From: an uncultured Bacteroidota bacterium
Lineage (GTDB): Bacteria > Bacteroidota > Ignavibacteria > UBA10030 > UBA6906
DNA length: 64,000 nucleotides
Direction of reading: 5' to 3'
Assembly (NCBI GenBank): GCA_963779225.1
Contig: CAVZWW010000003.1
Location: 3,359,835-3,423,834, forward strand
Shown: positions 10,569 to 20,074 of the stretch, one piece after another
Numbering within the stretch: position 1 is the first letter of the stretch
How the letters are laid out: the number at the start of each line of letters is the position of its first letter
Position numbers and translations under genes: made by a program
Notes under the pieces: model-generated
Database searches by the model: none
What the model was told of the DNA's origin: nothing
Seen by the model: only the letters and a program-made list of their open reading frames with translations

Positions 10569-11753
10569 TTACAGCCGGAATTCCATTCCACGCTGCAGCC
10601 TGGGATCCCCGACCGGGACGACGTTATACCGCTTTGTCTTCCATGAGAGGAGCAGGACGACCATCCCGATCCCCACGAGCGGAAATCCGAATTCCATCCA
10701 GCCGAACCGCGCCTGCGCGCTGTATGTCGGCATGATCAACCAGAACAGATCCAGAAAATGCGCACCCACCAGCCAGAGCGCCATGAACTTCAGGCGGCGT
10801 CCATCCATCTTCGCCTCCTGCGGCAGCAACACAAAATACGGCACCAGGAAATGCACGATGATCAGGAGTACGGAGACGATCTCCCAGCCGTTCTTCCATC
10901 GGGCCATGAACCAGTACGTCTCTTCCGGGAGATTCGCATACCAGATGAGCAGGAACTGGCTGAACGCGATATAGGCCCAGAAATTCACAAACCCGAACAT
11001 CAATGCGCCCAGGCTGTAGTAGTGATCGCGGTGAAGTCCCGGAAGCAGTCCCCCCTCCTTGAAGCGGACAACGACGTAGGTCGCCACGGAGACGGCCATC
11101 AGGACAGTCCCCGAGAAATAGTAGACGCCGTAGATGGTCGAGAACCAGTGCGGTTCGAGACTCATCGCCCAATCGATTGCCGTGAAGGTGATGGTGATGG
11201 CGAAAACAGGAATGAACACTGCCGCCAGTCTCACATTCTTCCTTGTAAGAGACTGGTCGCGTGTGATGTCCTGCTTCGTTGAATTGCGTGTGAACAATAC
11301 ATAGAACAGGATCCACAGCCCCAGGAAGACAACTGTGCGGATGACAAAAAAGGAGACGTTCAGATACGGCGCCTTCCCTGCCAGGAGCGCGTCGTTGGCC
11401 ACAGCCTCGGCATGTGTCCAGTGGAAAAGATCATGCAGGTGGAGAAAGAGGGGGATAGCGAGCAGCACGAGGAACGGCGAAAGGCCGGCCAGGAATTCGC
11501 TTACCCGCCGTATCGGGACGCTCCATACGGCGCCGGTGATATACTCAAGAGCAAGCAGAAAGATCGAGCCCACGGCAATGCTCACCATGGCCAGGTAGAG
11601 AATCACGGCGTTGAACGATGCGCGCACGGGATCCAGAATATATGCCGCGATCACGAGCACAACTCCCGTCACCAGCAATATCATCCCCCACCGGTCCGCC
11701 CCGGGCGGAAGGCTCTTGTTCTCGACCGCCACCGTGTGGAAGTCACTGGTCAT
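10569..11753 (-). CDS. actF: alternative complex III subunit ActF (NrfD-like membrane subunit)
   Basis: Polytopic NrfD/PsrC-like membrane protein in the actABCDEF context. The start MTSDFH overlaps the actDE stop (ATGA). Confidence 0.75.
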   Translation of the reverse strand: MTSDFHTVAVENKSLPPGADRWGMILLVTGVVLVIAAYILDPVRASFNAVILYLAMVSIAVGSIFLLALEYITGAVWSVPIRRVSEFLAGLSPFLVLLAIPLFLHLHDLFHWTHAEAVANDALLAGKAPYLNVSFFVIRTVVFLGLWILFYVLFTRNSTKQDITRDQSLTRKNVRLAAVFIPVFAITITFTAIDWAMSLEPHWFSTIYGVYYFSGTVLMAVSVATYVVVRFKEGGLLPGLHRDHYYSLGALMFGFVNFWAYIAFSQFLLIWYANLPEETYWFMARWKNGWEIVSVLLIIVHFLVPYFVLLPQEAKMDGRRLKFMALWLVGAHFLDLFWLIMPTYSAQARFGWMEFGFPLVGIGMVVLLLSWKTKRYNVVPVGDPRLQRGMEFRL

Positions 11754-12886
11754 TTCAGGTCTGACTCCTTCGCATATTGAGCGCGTTGCAGCACCCGGAT
11801 GTAGTGGACGATCGCCCACCGGTTATCACGCGTGATCTGTGCGGCATAGGAGGGCATGACGTTTTGCCCTTCGGTGATGACGTGGTACAGGCTGCCGTCG
11901 GGCCAGTTCCTTACCTTCTCCGAATGGAGGGTCGGCGGATTCGGGAATTGACCGGCCAGGCGGCTGTCACCACGGCCGAAGTTGCCATGGCAGGGACTGC
12001 AGAACGTCAGGAACGAAGAACGCCCGCGATCCAGAACCGCCGCCGTCGGCAGAAGCGGATTGGCCAGCATTTTGCCCGCGTCCTCCGGACGTCCCTTGAA
12101 GGCATAGGGCAGGAATCCCCTGGCAACGGTCCCCTGCACGGGGGGCCGCATGCCGATTCCGTCATGAAAGAGCAGACTCGGGGCCTGCGGCTTGAGTTTC
12201 GCCTGCTCCATCATCCAGGAGAACGGTTGCATGTACAGGAGCGAATTCAGCGAGAAGTAGGTAATGCCGGCCACGACAACCGCCACAGCGGTGAGCAGCC
12301 CGACAAACCGGAGATCGAATAGCTTCTGTCCGTGGTCGGAGGGATCTTCCTCGAAATAGACCGGGCCGATGTCCGTGCCATGAACCGAAGCGAGGAACTG
12401 CCGCACTCCGGCTTCGTCGAAGAGCGGGTCGTCACGCTGTATGCTTATCCCGAATCCGTCCGAGGATACGCGCTTCATATACGGCGTATCATGAAGGGGA
12501 TGGCTGTTGTTCGGGAATTTGAAGAAAAACACAATCATCGCCACAACCGTCAACACGGATGCCATGAGGACGGTGATCTCGAATGCCACCGGCACGAAGG
12601 CCGGCCACGACCAGAAAGGCTTTCCCCCGATGACCAGCGGATAATCGATCAGTGCCACCCAGGTCATGAAACCGACAGCACTGACCGCGCCCAGGAGGCC
12701 GAAGGCAAGGGCAAAGTAGCCGAGGGGCGATGTCTTGAGCCGCATGGCCTTTTCCATGCCGTGCACCGGGTACGGCGAGTGAACGTCATACTTCGTGTAG
12801 CCCGCCTTCACGGTCGCCTCCACGGCATGCGTGAGCGCATCCGGAGTGGAGAAAAGTGCGGTCAGACTATAGAGTGGCTTTTCCAT
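11750..12886 (-). CDS. actDE: fused ActD (DUF3341) and ActE (monoheme cytochrome c, CSPCHG) subunit of alternative complex III
   Basis: The N-terminal membrane domain resembles ActD. The C-terminal ~120 aa carries CSPCHG plus a distal Met, like ActE. Confidence 0.75.
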   Translation of the reverse strand: MEKPLYSLTALFSTPDALTHAVEATVKAGYTKYDVHSPYPVHGMEKAMRLKTSPLGYFALAFGLLGAVSAVGFMTWVALIDYPLVIGGKPFWSWPAFVPVAFEITVLMASVLTVVAMIVFFFKFPNNSHPLHDTPYMKRVSSDGFGISIQRDDPLFDEAGVRQFLASVHGTDIGPVYFEEDPSDHGQKLFDLRFVGLLTAVAVVVAGITYFSLNSLLYMQPFSWMMEQAKLKPQAPSLLFHDGIGMRPPVQGTVARGFLPYAFKGRPEDAGKMLANPLLPTAAVLDRGRSSFLTFCSPCHGNFGRGDSRLAGQFPNPPTLHSEKVRNWPDGSLYHVITEGQNVMPSYAAQITRDNRWAIVHYIRVLQRAQYAKESDLK

Positions 12887-12922
12887 TGGAGTTTTTTGCT
12901 TTGCCCTGTACAGTGCTCTCTA

Positions 12923-14293
12923 TTAGTGGTGCCGGCCCGGCTGCGCCCCGGGAGACACCGCCTTGATCTCTGCAAGGGAGATCACCGGCAACACGCGCAC
13001 GAACAGCAGGATCAGGGTGAAGAACAACCCGAGGCTTCCGATGAATGTTCCCATATCGAACAAGGATGGCATATAATAACCCCAGCTCGACGGCAGGAAG
13101 TCACGGGAGAGGGATGTTACCACAATCACGAACCGCTCGAACCACATCCCGACGTTCACAAACACCGCGATCACAAACATCAGGGGAATTGACCGTCTGA
13201 ATCGCTTAAACCAGAAGAGCTGGGGGAACACCACGTTGCACGTTATCATCGTCCAGTACGCCCACGCATACGGCCCGAGTGCGCGGTTGACGAACACGAA
13301 TGTTTCGAACTGCGATCCGCTGTACCACGCCATGAAGAACTCCATGCCGTAGGCATACCCGACCATGCTTCCGGTGAGAATCATCACCTTGTTCATCTTT
13401 TCCAGAGTATCGAGCGTGATCAGATGCTTCAGGTCGAACAGCTGCCGGACGACGATCAGGCAGTTCTGCACCATGGCGAATCCCGAGAACACCGCACCCG
13501 CCACAAAGTACGGCGGGAAGATCGTTGTATGCCAGCCGGGGATGACAGAGACGGCGAAGTCGAAACTGACAATCGTATGCACGGAAAGCACAAGCGGTGT
13601 CGCAAATCCCGCGAGGATGAGGTAGGCGCGTTCGAAGTGATGCCAGTGCCTGTTCGAATGGCGCCAGCCGAGACTCAGGACCGAATAGATCACTTTCTTG
13701 ATCGGCACTACGGTTCTGTCCCGAAGGGTCGCAAGGTCAGGCACCAGTCCGAGGAACCAGAACACGGCCGAGACCGTAAAGTAGGTGGAAACGGCAAAAA
13801 CGTCCCAGAGTAACGGCGACGTGAAGTTCACCCAGACCCCGTGTTGATTCGGATACGGCATCAGGTAAAGGGGGAGCCACTCGCGGCCGGTATGCAGGAG
13901 CGGAAAGACGCCCGCGCACATGACCGCAAAAATCGTCATCGCCTCCGCGAAGCGCGCAATGCCGTTTCTCCACCGCTGGCGCAGAAGGAAGAGGATCGCG
14001 GAGATCAACGTCCCGGCGTGGCCGATACCCACCCAGAACACGAAGTTCACGATGTCAAATCCCCAGGAGACCGGCTGGTTCACACCCCACACACCCAGAC
14101 CGTACCAGAGGGTCACCCCGACGGACGCACCGCCGATGGCCAGCATGGTCAGCGTCACACTCAGGGCAATCCACCACGAACGCGAAGGGCGCCGGTCCAG
14201 CGGTGCGCTGACAACGGCATCAATCTCACCCGCCGTCGGGGTGCCCGCCACAACGGGCTCTTCCCGCGAGTAGTCGACGACAGCATTGCTCAC
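12923..14293 (-). CDS. actC: alternative complex III subunit ActC (NrfD/PsrC-like quinol-binding membrane subunit)
   Basis: 456-aa polytopic protein that directly follows actB with a 4-nt overlap. Confidence 0.8.
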   Translation of the reverse strand: MSNAVVDYSREEPVVAGTPTAGEIDAVVSAPLDRRPSRSWWIALSVTLTMLAIGGASVGVTLWYGLGVWGVNQPVSWGFDIVNFVFWVGIGHAGTLISAILFLLRQRWRNGIARFAEAMTIFAVMCAGVFPLLHTGREWLPLYLMPYPNQHGVWVNFTSPLLWDVFAVSTYFTVSAVFWFLGLVPDLATLRDRTVVPIKKVIYSVLSLGWRHSNRHWHHFERAYLILAGFATPLVLSVHTIVSFDFAVSVIPGWHTTIFPPYFVAGAVFSGFAMVQNCLIVVRQLFDLKHLITLDTLEKMNKVMILTGSMVGYAYGMEFFMAWYSGSQFETFVFVNRALGPYAWAYWTMITCNVVFPQLFWFKRFRRSIPLMFVIAVFVNVGMWFERFVIVVTSLSRDFLPSSWGYYMPSLFDMGTFIGSLGLFFTLILLFVRVLPVISLAEIKAVSPGAQPGRHH

Positions 14294-17200
14294 GCGAGTT
14301 TCTCCGAATGAATGTTGCGCAACCGGGCAAGATACGTCACATTGGGGCGTACGTTCAGTTCTTCCAGCACGTGGTAACCGAGAGGATGCTCCCGGAGCTT
14401 TGCCACGGCCGATTGCGGATCGTTTGTGTTCCCGAACTCAATCGCCCGCGCCGGACACGCCTGCTGACAGGCGGTCTGCACATCCTTTCCTGAAAACTCC
14501 ACCCCCTGCTCTGTGGCATGCTGGCGGGCCTCCATGATCCGCTGAACACAGAAGGTACACTTCTCCATGACACCGCGGGAACGGACGGTCACCTCGGGAT
14601 TGTGCAGAAGATTCACCGGCTCCTGTTCATAGTACCCTTCGGCCAGATGGTCACGCCAGTTATAAAAGTTGAAGCGGCGTACTTTGTACGGACAGTTGTT
14701 CGAGCAATACTTCGTGCCCACACACCGGTTGTACACCATCTGGTTCAGCCCATCCGGACTGTGATTGGTGGCGACTACCGGACAGACGTTTTCGCACGGG
14801 GCATTGTCGCAGTGCTGGCAGAGCATGGGCTGGTGGCTTGTCACCGGTTCGTCGGGTGTCCCGCTGTAATACCGATCGATCCGGATCCACTGCATCTCCC
14901 TCCCCTTCTGCACCTGTTCCTTCCCCACCACCGGGACGTTGTTCTCCACGTTGCACCCGGCGACACAGACATTGCAGCCCGTGCACTTGTTGAGATCGAT
15001 GGCCATCCCCCATTTCACGCCATGATACTCGACCTCCGTGCTTATGCTCTCATGCTCCACGCGCTGGCGTTCAAGAAAGCCGGGATCCTTCAGGTATCCG
15101 TCCAGTGTCGCCTCGCGGATGATCTTGCGCTTGATGTGCAGATCCTTGAGGAAGGTATCATCCAGCGCGTGGTGTTCCTGTGTGGATGCGAGCTCGTGAC
15201 GTCCTTCGCCCTTCCGGGCGGTAACGCCGCTGATGACCCTGCTCCCCGTAAACGCCGCGCGCGTCAGCAACGGCGTGACATCGGTGCCGACGCCGGTACC
15301 CACGGGCCCTGCATTCGTCCGTCCGTACCCCAGCGCCACAGCTATCAACCTGTCCGCCGTTCCCGGCTGCACAAACGCCGGGAGTGCCTGGCGACGCCCT
15401 TCCACGGTGACATCGATCAGATCGCCGGATTCCACACCCAGTTCACGTGCTGTTGCCGGAGACAGCGCGGCATAGTTGTCCCACACGATCTTGGACACCG
15501 GGTTCGGGATTTCCTGAAGCCATCCGTTGTTTGCAAAACTTCCGTCCCCGATAAAAGGACTCGGCGTCAGGAGCAGCGTATATCCGGACGCGGACGCGGT
15601 TTGTTGGATAGCGGGAGCGGCGTCGGTTCTGAATTTTCCCCTCACCGGGGGAGCATCCACTCCAACCACAACGCCGTCATGCAGCGCGCTGTTCCAGAAC
15701 GTGACAAAATCCACCTTCGCGCCGGAACGGGGGAAGAAGTCCGTTTCCCATTGCTTCTTCAGATAATCGAGATAGACCGACTCGCTGAACGGATTTCCCG
15801 CGGCCATCCATTGCAGCAGCACCGCTTCAGTCTGCCGGGTGGCGTACAGGGGAGCGACGACGGGCTGTTGCAGTGAATAGACGCCCGATCGCACGTGATG
15901 ATCGCCCCAGCTTTCCAGCGCGTGGTGCGTGGGAAGCATGTAGGTGCATGCCTGCGCGGTCTCATTCTCGGCTTCGGTCAAACAGATCGTGAGGGGAACG
16001 TTCTTCAGGGCGTCGGCATAACCGAAATCCGTCGGGAGATGATACACCGGGTTTGTCCCCGCATGAATCACCGCACCCACCTTCCCTGCTTTCATATCGG
16101 CGACGACCGATGCAAGGTCTTCTGCGGTACTGATGCCGAATGCCGGAGCCACGGCACTGCTGACGTAGAGCGCGGAGTTGCCCAGCAGGTCATTCAGATA
16201 GTTGACGAGGAGGTGCGTCTCTTCCGGCAGAGTATCGCCCGCATACACGATCCCCTTTCCCCTCTGTGCAAGCAGATCGTCCACCAGGTGCGCAAGAGTC
16301 TCGGCGGACAGGTTGCGGGTCGTGCAGAATGATGCCAGGTCAATGCCGGCTGCAGCCCGTTCGACAGCAGGATTGTCGATCCGGACGGCGCGGCGGCGGA
16401 TGCCCGCTTCGTTCAGCACGGCCAGAAGAAAATCTCTGTGCAGCGACGGAAGAAGGCGGAGACGGTAGTCCGCGTTGGCCCCGGTGAGGGACAGATTCCC
16501 TTCGACACTGTAGAGGCGGGAGAACCTGTCGGTTGCCGAAACGTCGCGCCCTGCCGCGAATGCGCGCGTCTGTTCGACCGTGAACCCTTCCGTCCCCAGA
16601 GGATCGGCTTCAAGGGTGACGATCACCCGTGCCTGATCCCAGGCAACGACCGGCAGGGGAAGCGGTCCATAGCTCCTCTCCCACGCGCGCCTGCGGGTTT
16701 CCTGCGGGAACAACTCGGTGGTGACGATCCTCGTTGTGGGGTACGCGGCACGGAAGTCGGCGAGGACGCGTGCTGCGGATGGCGAAAGTGCGGGAGGGAC
16801 AACCAGAATGATCTGCTTCCGGTCCCGGATACACCCGGCCAGCAGTGTGACGACATCGGCGTCCACCAGGTTCCAGGAAAGGTCTCCGCTCTTTGCCGAT
16901 GCGCCGCCATAGCGGGGACTCCGGAGGCGCGAAGGATCGTACAGATTCAGTACCGATGCCTGTCCGCGGGCACAGATCGAGCCGGCGTTCACCGGATGAT
17001 CCGGGTTGCCGTCGATCTTGACCGGGCGGCCTTCACGGGTTTTGATCAGCACGCCGCAGCGCTGGGCGCAACCCGTGCAGGTGGAAGCATAGAAATTCGC
17101 CACGCCGGGGATAATCTCTTCCGGCTTCTTTGTATACGGAACGATTTCGCCTTTGTCGCGATAGTTGGTGCAACCCGCCGTCGCAAAGGCAGCCGACGCG

Positions 17201-17358
17201 GCAAGGAGTGCGAGGAATTGTTTGCGCGAGAGAGGGGACATGCCGGCCGTATCAAAGGTCTCCGTCACCCCTTCCTGAAACTCGTGAATCTTCTGATCGC
17301 GTACGGTCGCGGGGTCTTCGCTTTCGCGGAGACTGCGCCACAGGTTCTGCTCAGCCAT
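14290..17358 (-). CDS. actB: alternative complex III subunit ActB (molybdopterin-oxidoreductase-like domain plus 4Fe-4S ferredoxin domains, Tat-like signal)
   Basis: 1022 aa. It begins with the N-terminal extension [10 protein letters not shown]..., then [20 protein letters not shown] (Tat-like). There are multiple Cys clusters ([25 protein letters not shown], etc.) in the C-terminal FeS domain. Confidence 0.85.
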   Translation of the reverse strand: MAEQNLWRSLRESEDPATVRDQKIHEFQEGVTETFDTAGMSPLSRKQFLALLAASAAFATAGCTNYRDKGEIVPYTKKPEEIIPGVANFYASTCTGCAQRCGVLIKTREGRPVKIDGNPDHPVNAGSICARGQASVLNLYDPSRLRSPRYGGASAKSGDLSWNLVDADVVTLLAGCIRDRKQIILVVPPALSPSAARVLADFRAAYPTTRIVTTELFPQETRRRAWERSYGPLPLPVVAWDQARVIVTLEADPLGTEGFTVEQTRAFAAGRDVSATDRFSRLYSVEGNLSLTGANADYRLRLLPSLHRDFLLAVLNEAGIRRRAVRIDNPAVERAAAGIDLASFCTTRNLSAETLAHLVDDLLAQRGKGIVYAGDTLPEETHLLVNYLNDLLGNSALYVSSAVAPAFGISTAEDLASVVADMKAGKVGAVIHAGTNPVYHLPTDFGYADALKNVPLTICLTEAENETAQACTYMLPTHHALESWGDHHVRSGVYSLQQPVVAPLYATRQTEAVLLQWMAAGNPFSESVYLDYLKKQWETDFFPRSGAKVDFVTFWNSALHDGVVVGVDAPPVRGKFRTDAAPAIQQTASASGYTLLLTPSPFIGDGSFANNGWLQEIPNPVSKIVWDNYAALSPATARELGVESGDLIDVTVEGRRQALPAFVQPGTADRLIAVALGYGRTNAGPVGTGVGTDVTPLLTRAAFTGSRVISGVTARKGEGRHELASTQEHHALDDTFLKDLHIKRKIIREATLDGYLKDPGFLERQRVEHESISTEVEYHGVKWGMAIDLNKCTGCNVCVAGCNVENNVPVVGKEQVQKGREMQWIRIDRYYSGTPDEPVTSHQPMLCQHCDNAPCENVCPVVATNHSPDGLNQMVYNRCVGTKYCSNNCPYKVRRFNFYNWRDHLAEGYYEQEPVNLLHNPEVTVRSRGVMEKCTFCVQRIMEARQHATEQGVEFSGKDVQTACQQACPARAIEFGNTNDPQSAVAKLREHPLGYHVLEELNVRPNVTYLARLRNIHSEKLA

Positions 17359-17542
17359 GGGACGTGGACCTCACGTTCGTTCGGGGGACAGCCTGCGGAT
17401 GGGCACGTACCGAGATGGCATCGCCCGCGGGAGCCTGCGAAGCCGGCCGGGCTTTCCGGGCAAGGCCCGGAACGGCCCATCCGAACAATGAGCCGCCGGC
17501 AATCACGGCCGCCACACGCGTAAAAAACAATCGTCGCTTCAT
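17351..17542 (-). CDS. candidate small protein (63 aa) with Tat-like RRLFF motif, between actA and actB
   Basis: It fills the otherwise empty 207-nt gap between actA and actB. It reads MKRRLFFTRVAAVIAGGSLFGWAVPGLARK.... A GAGAGGA Shine-Dalgarno-like sequence lies 5 nt upstream of the ATG. The stop overlaps the actB start by 8 nt. It could equally be a GC-rich chance ORF. Confidence 0.25.
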   Translation of the reverse strand: MKRRLFFTRVAAVIAGGSLFGWAVPGLARKARPASQAPAGDAISVRAHPQAVPRTNVRSTSHG

Positions 17543-17565
17543 GCCAATCCTCTCTTGTGCGCCGT

Positions 17566-18135
17566 TCATCGGTGGCATGCGCTGCAGTACTCGGGACCGC
17601 GTTTGATGCCGGAAACCTGCGCCAGCTTCACCGGTGCAGTGCGATGGCACTCCAGGCATGCACCCATCGTGAACTCCGACACCTGACCGACCCGATCGAC
17701 GTCTTCGATGGCCCCATGGCAGTTGGCGCAGTCCACACCGCGGTTCACGTGGACACTATGATTGAAGTATGCGTAGTCCGGTACGCGGTGCACGCGTTTC
17801 CAGGGAAGCGCCACACCGTCTTCGTAGTATTTCGCCAGCTTGATGATCTCCGGCCGGTTCTTCCGTGCCACCGTATGGCAGTTCATGCAGGTACCCACGG
17901 GAGGGATGCCTGCATGCGGGGAAACGGTGACGGAACTATGGCAGTATTTGCAGTCAATCCGCATGCTCCCGGCATGGAGCTTGTGTGAGAACGCCACCGG
18001 CTGGACAGGGGCATAGCCCACACCGTCCCGCTCGGCCCGGGAAAGATAGTACGTCGCCATGAATGCGAGCACCGCGACGAAGGCGACGAGCGGAACCCGT
18101 ATTTTAAGAGTGTAATCGAGTAGTGACTTCTTCAT
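17566..18135 (-). CDS. actA: alternative complex III subunit ActA (pentaheme cytochrome c)
   Basis: 189 aa with an N-terminal TM/signal anchor and five CxxCH sites: CKYCH, CMNCH, CANCH, CLECH and CSACH. Confidence 0.8.
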   Translation of the reverse strand: MKKSLLDYTLKIRVPLVAFVAVLAFMATYYLSRAERDGVGYAPVQPVAFSHKLHAGSMRIDCKYCHSSVTVSPHAGIPPVGTCMNCHTVARKNRPEIIKLAKYYEDGVALPWKRVHRVPDYAYFNHSVHVNRGVDCANCHGAIEDVDRVGQVSEFTMGACLECHRTAPVKLAQVSGIKRGPEYCSACHR

Positions 18136-18341
18136 GGGCGCTCAGCGACTGGTGACGCACGGAGGATCCGGCCACACTCCCGTGAGAAGCGGCAGACCCG
18201 TAGGAACCAAGGGGGCAGAAGAAACCGATTCAGAGAACTCACGTTGCAGGACGTAACGGAATAGTTGCTGGAGTTGTGACCCATCGATTGTACAAAACTT
18301 TCAACTTGAATGCAATCGCTTTTTTGGCGATATTGTCCCTT

Positions 18342-19982
18342 ATGGAATGGATACCGTACCGACAGCTCCCGTCCGCCACCGGCGGCTACTCTGATCTCTT
18401 CTTCGATTTCCTTGCCAACGAACCCCGCGTCCGACCCTTCTACCCCCGGCACTTTCTGGACCGTAATGCGGTGCCGGAGATCATCGAGGCGCACCGAACG
18501 CAGGCCCTCGACCGCAGGACGCTGGCGCGCGTGCTGCGCGAGCAGAATGCCCGCTACGGAGGCGGCACACGTGCCTTCGCCAACATCGATTCGCTCGAAC
18601 TGGAGAACACGTTTGTTGTGGCCACCGGGCAGCAGGTCAGCCTGCTGGGCGGACCGCTCTACACATTGCTCAAAACGATCACGACGATCAAACTCGCGGA
18701 GGAGTTGCAGAAGACACACCCTCCGTTCGCATTTGTTCCGGTGTTCTGGCTCGAGGGTGAGGATCACGACTTCGCAGAGATGAATCACTGCCAGGTCTTC
18801 ACGGCCGACAACACTGTTTCCCGGCTCGAGTACCTCCCGGGCGGTGTGATGCCGGAACGTAATCCGGGTCCCGTCGGCGAAATGGTGTTCGATGCTTCGA
18901 TCGAGACAACTCTGCAGGCGCTTGCAGCCGCCCTCCAGCCGACGGAATTCACCTCTGAACTGATGAACGCCATCCGCTCCGCCTATGCCCCCGGCGCGAC
19001 GTTCAACGATGCGTTTGCCCGATGGCTTAACCGTATGCTTCCGGACAGCGGGCTGGTGTTTCTTTCCGCACACAACACCGAGCTGAAACGGCTGCTCTCC
19101 CCGCTATTTCAGAAGGAGATCAGCGACTATCCGCAGACGTCGCAAATCGTCATCGGCCAGAGTGCCGAGCTTGAACAGGTTTACCACGCCCAGGTCAAAC
19201 CGAAATCGGTCAACCTCTTCCTGTTCCACAAGGGTGGCCGCTACCCCATCGAACCGCGGGAGGCGGATTTCAGCCTCAAGGGCACACGTCATTTCTTGGA
19301 GCCGGACGAACTCAAGCGTATCGCGGTGGAGACACCCGAGCTGCTGAGCCCGAACGTGGTTTTGCGTCCGCTTGCCCAGGATACGCTTCTCCCGACCGTT
19401 GCCTACGTGGGGGGGCCTTCGGAAATCGCCTATCACGCCCAGCTCGGGCCGCTCTACGGTCACTTCGGTGTCGTACAGCCGGTTCTCTACCCGAGGGCCA
19501 GCGCGACGGTGATTGAAGAGCGGGTTCAGCGCACGATGGAAAAATTCGGAATCGATCCGGTCGATCTTTTCAAAGAAGCTGATGATCTCACCCGGAAGGT
19601 TGTTGCGCAGATATCGGAGATCAAGCTGGATGAGTTGTTCGGCAGGACAACGCAATCCATGCGTGTGGCGTTGAACGAATTACGTTTTGGTATGGGGGAG
19701 ATTGATCCGACGCTGACGGGTGCTCTGGACAACTCCGCGGGGAAGATCGAGGGGTTGTTGTCTGTGTTAAACGAGAAGGCGAACGCTGCGCAGAAGCGCC
19801 GGAATGAGACAGCGGTCCGCCAGATTGAACGTGCGGTCGGTGCGGTGACTCCCGGGGGGCACCTGCAGGAGCGCGAAATCAGTGCTGTATACTTCCTCAA
19901 CAAATACGGTCCGGACTTTACGCGCTGGTTATCCGGCGCCCTGAACATATCCGGCTTCCAGCACCAGCTCCTCGCCCGCTGA
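18342..19982 (+). CDS. bshC: bacillithiol biosynthesis cysteine-adding enzyme BshC
   Basis: About 545 aa with the BshC signature ...VVATGQQVSLLGGPLYTLLK... and family-like length. The ORF is open from 18276, and 18342 (MEWIPY) is the first ATG-like start. Confidence 0.7.
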   Translation: MEWIPYRQLPSATGGYSDLFFDFLANEPRVRPFYPRHFLDRNAVPEIIEAHRTQALDRRTLARVLREQNARYGGGTRAFANIDSLELENTFVVATGQQVSLLGGPLYTLLKTITTIKLAEELQKTHPPFAFVPVFWLEGEDHDFAEMNHCQVFTADNTVSRLEYLPGGVMPERNPGPVGEMVFDASIETTLQALAAALQPTEFTSELMNAIRSAYAPGATFNDAFARWLNRMLPDSGLVFLSAHNTELKRLLSPLFQKEISDYPQTSQIVIGQSAELEQVYHAQVKPKSVNLFLFHKGGRYPIEPREADFSLKGTRHFLEPDELKRIAVETPELLSPNVVLRPLAQDTLLPTVAYVGGPSEIAYHAQLGPLYGHFGVVQPVLYPRASATVIEERVQRTMEKFGIDPVDLFKEADDLTRKVVAQISEIKLDELFGRTTQSMRVALNELRFGMGEIDPTLTGALDNSAGKIEGLLSVLNEKANAAQKRRNETAVRQIERAVGAVTPGGHLQEREISAVYFLNKYGPDFTRWLSGALNISGFQHQLLAR

Positions 19983-20011
19983 GGCTCACGTCACCGATGT
20001 CACAAAAAGCT

Positions 20012-20044
20012 GAGCCCCATGCGCCTCTGTGGCGCATGGGGCTC
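20012..20044. terminator. bidirectional rho-independent terminator between convergent bshC and pnp
   Basis: Perfect 14-bp inverted repeat gagccccatgcgcc / ggcgcatggggctc with a 5-nt loop. It is flanked by aaaaa upstream (a U-run for the minus strand) and by ttttc downstream. Confidence 0.6.
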
Positions 20045-20074
20045 TCGATTTTCATCACAGGGTGAGTCTCACCC

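Noticed and set aside
14518-15876. 452-aa plus-strand ORF, and many similar ones (10033-10974, 25802-26764, 30832-32199, 35212-36360, 41886-42785, 21143-21976, 7408-8091, 8251-8925, 18132-19073)
   Set aside because: Each lies entirely antisense to a well-supported conserved gene. Long stop-free antisense frames are expected at about 60% GC. The translations are Arg/His/Pro-rich and have no recognisable motifs.
17351-17659. Full 102-aa ORF call extending the small act-gap ORF upstream
   Set aside because: The N-terminal 39 codons overlap the 3' end of actA in another frame. Only the portion from MKRRLFF (17542) is considered plausible.
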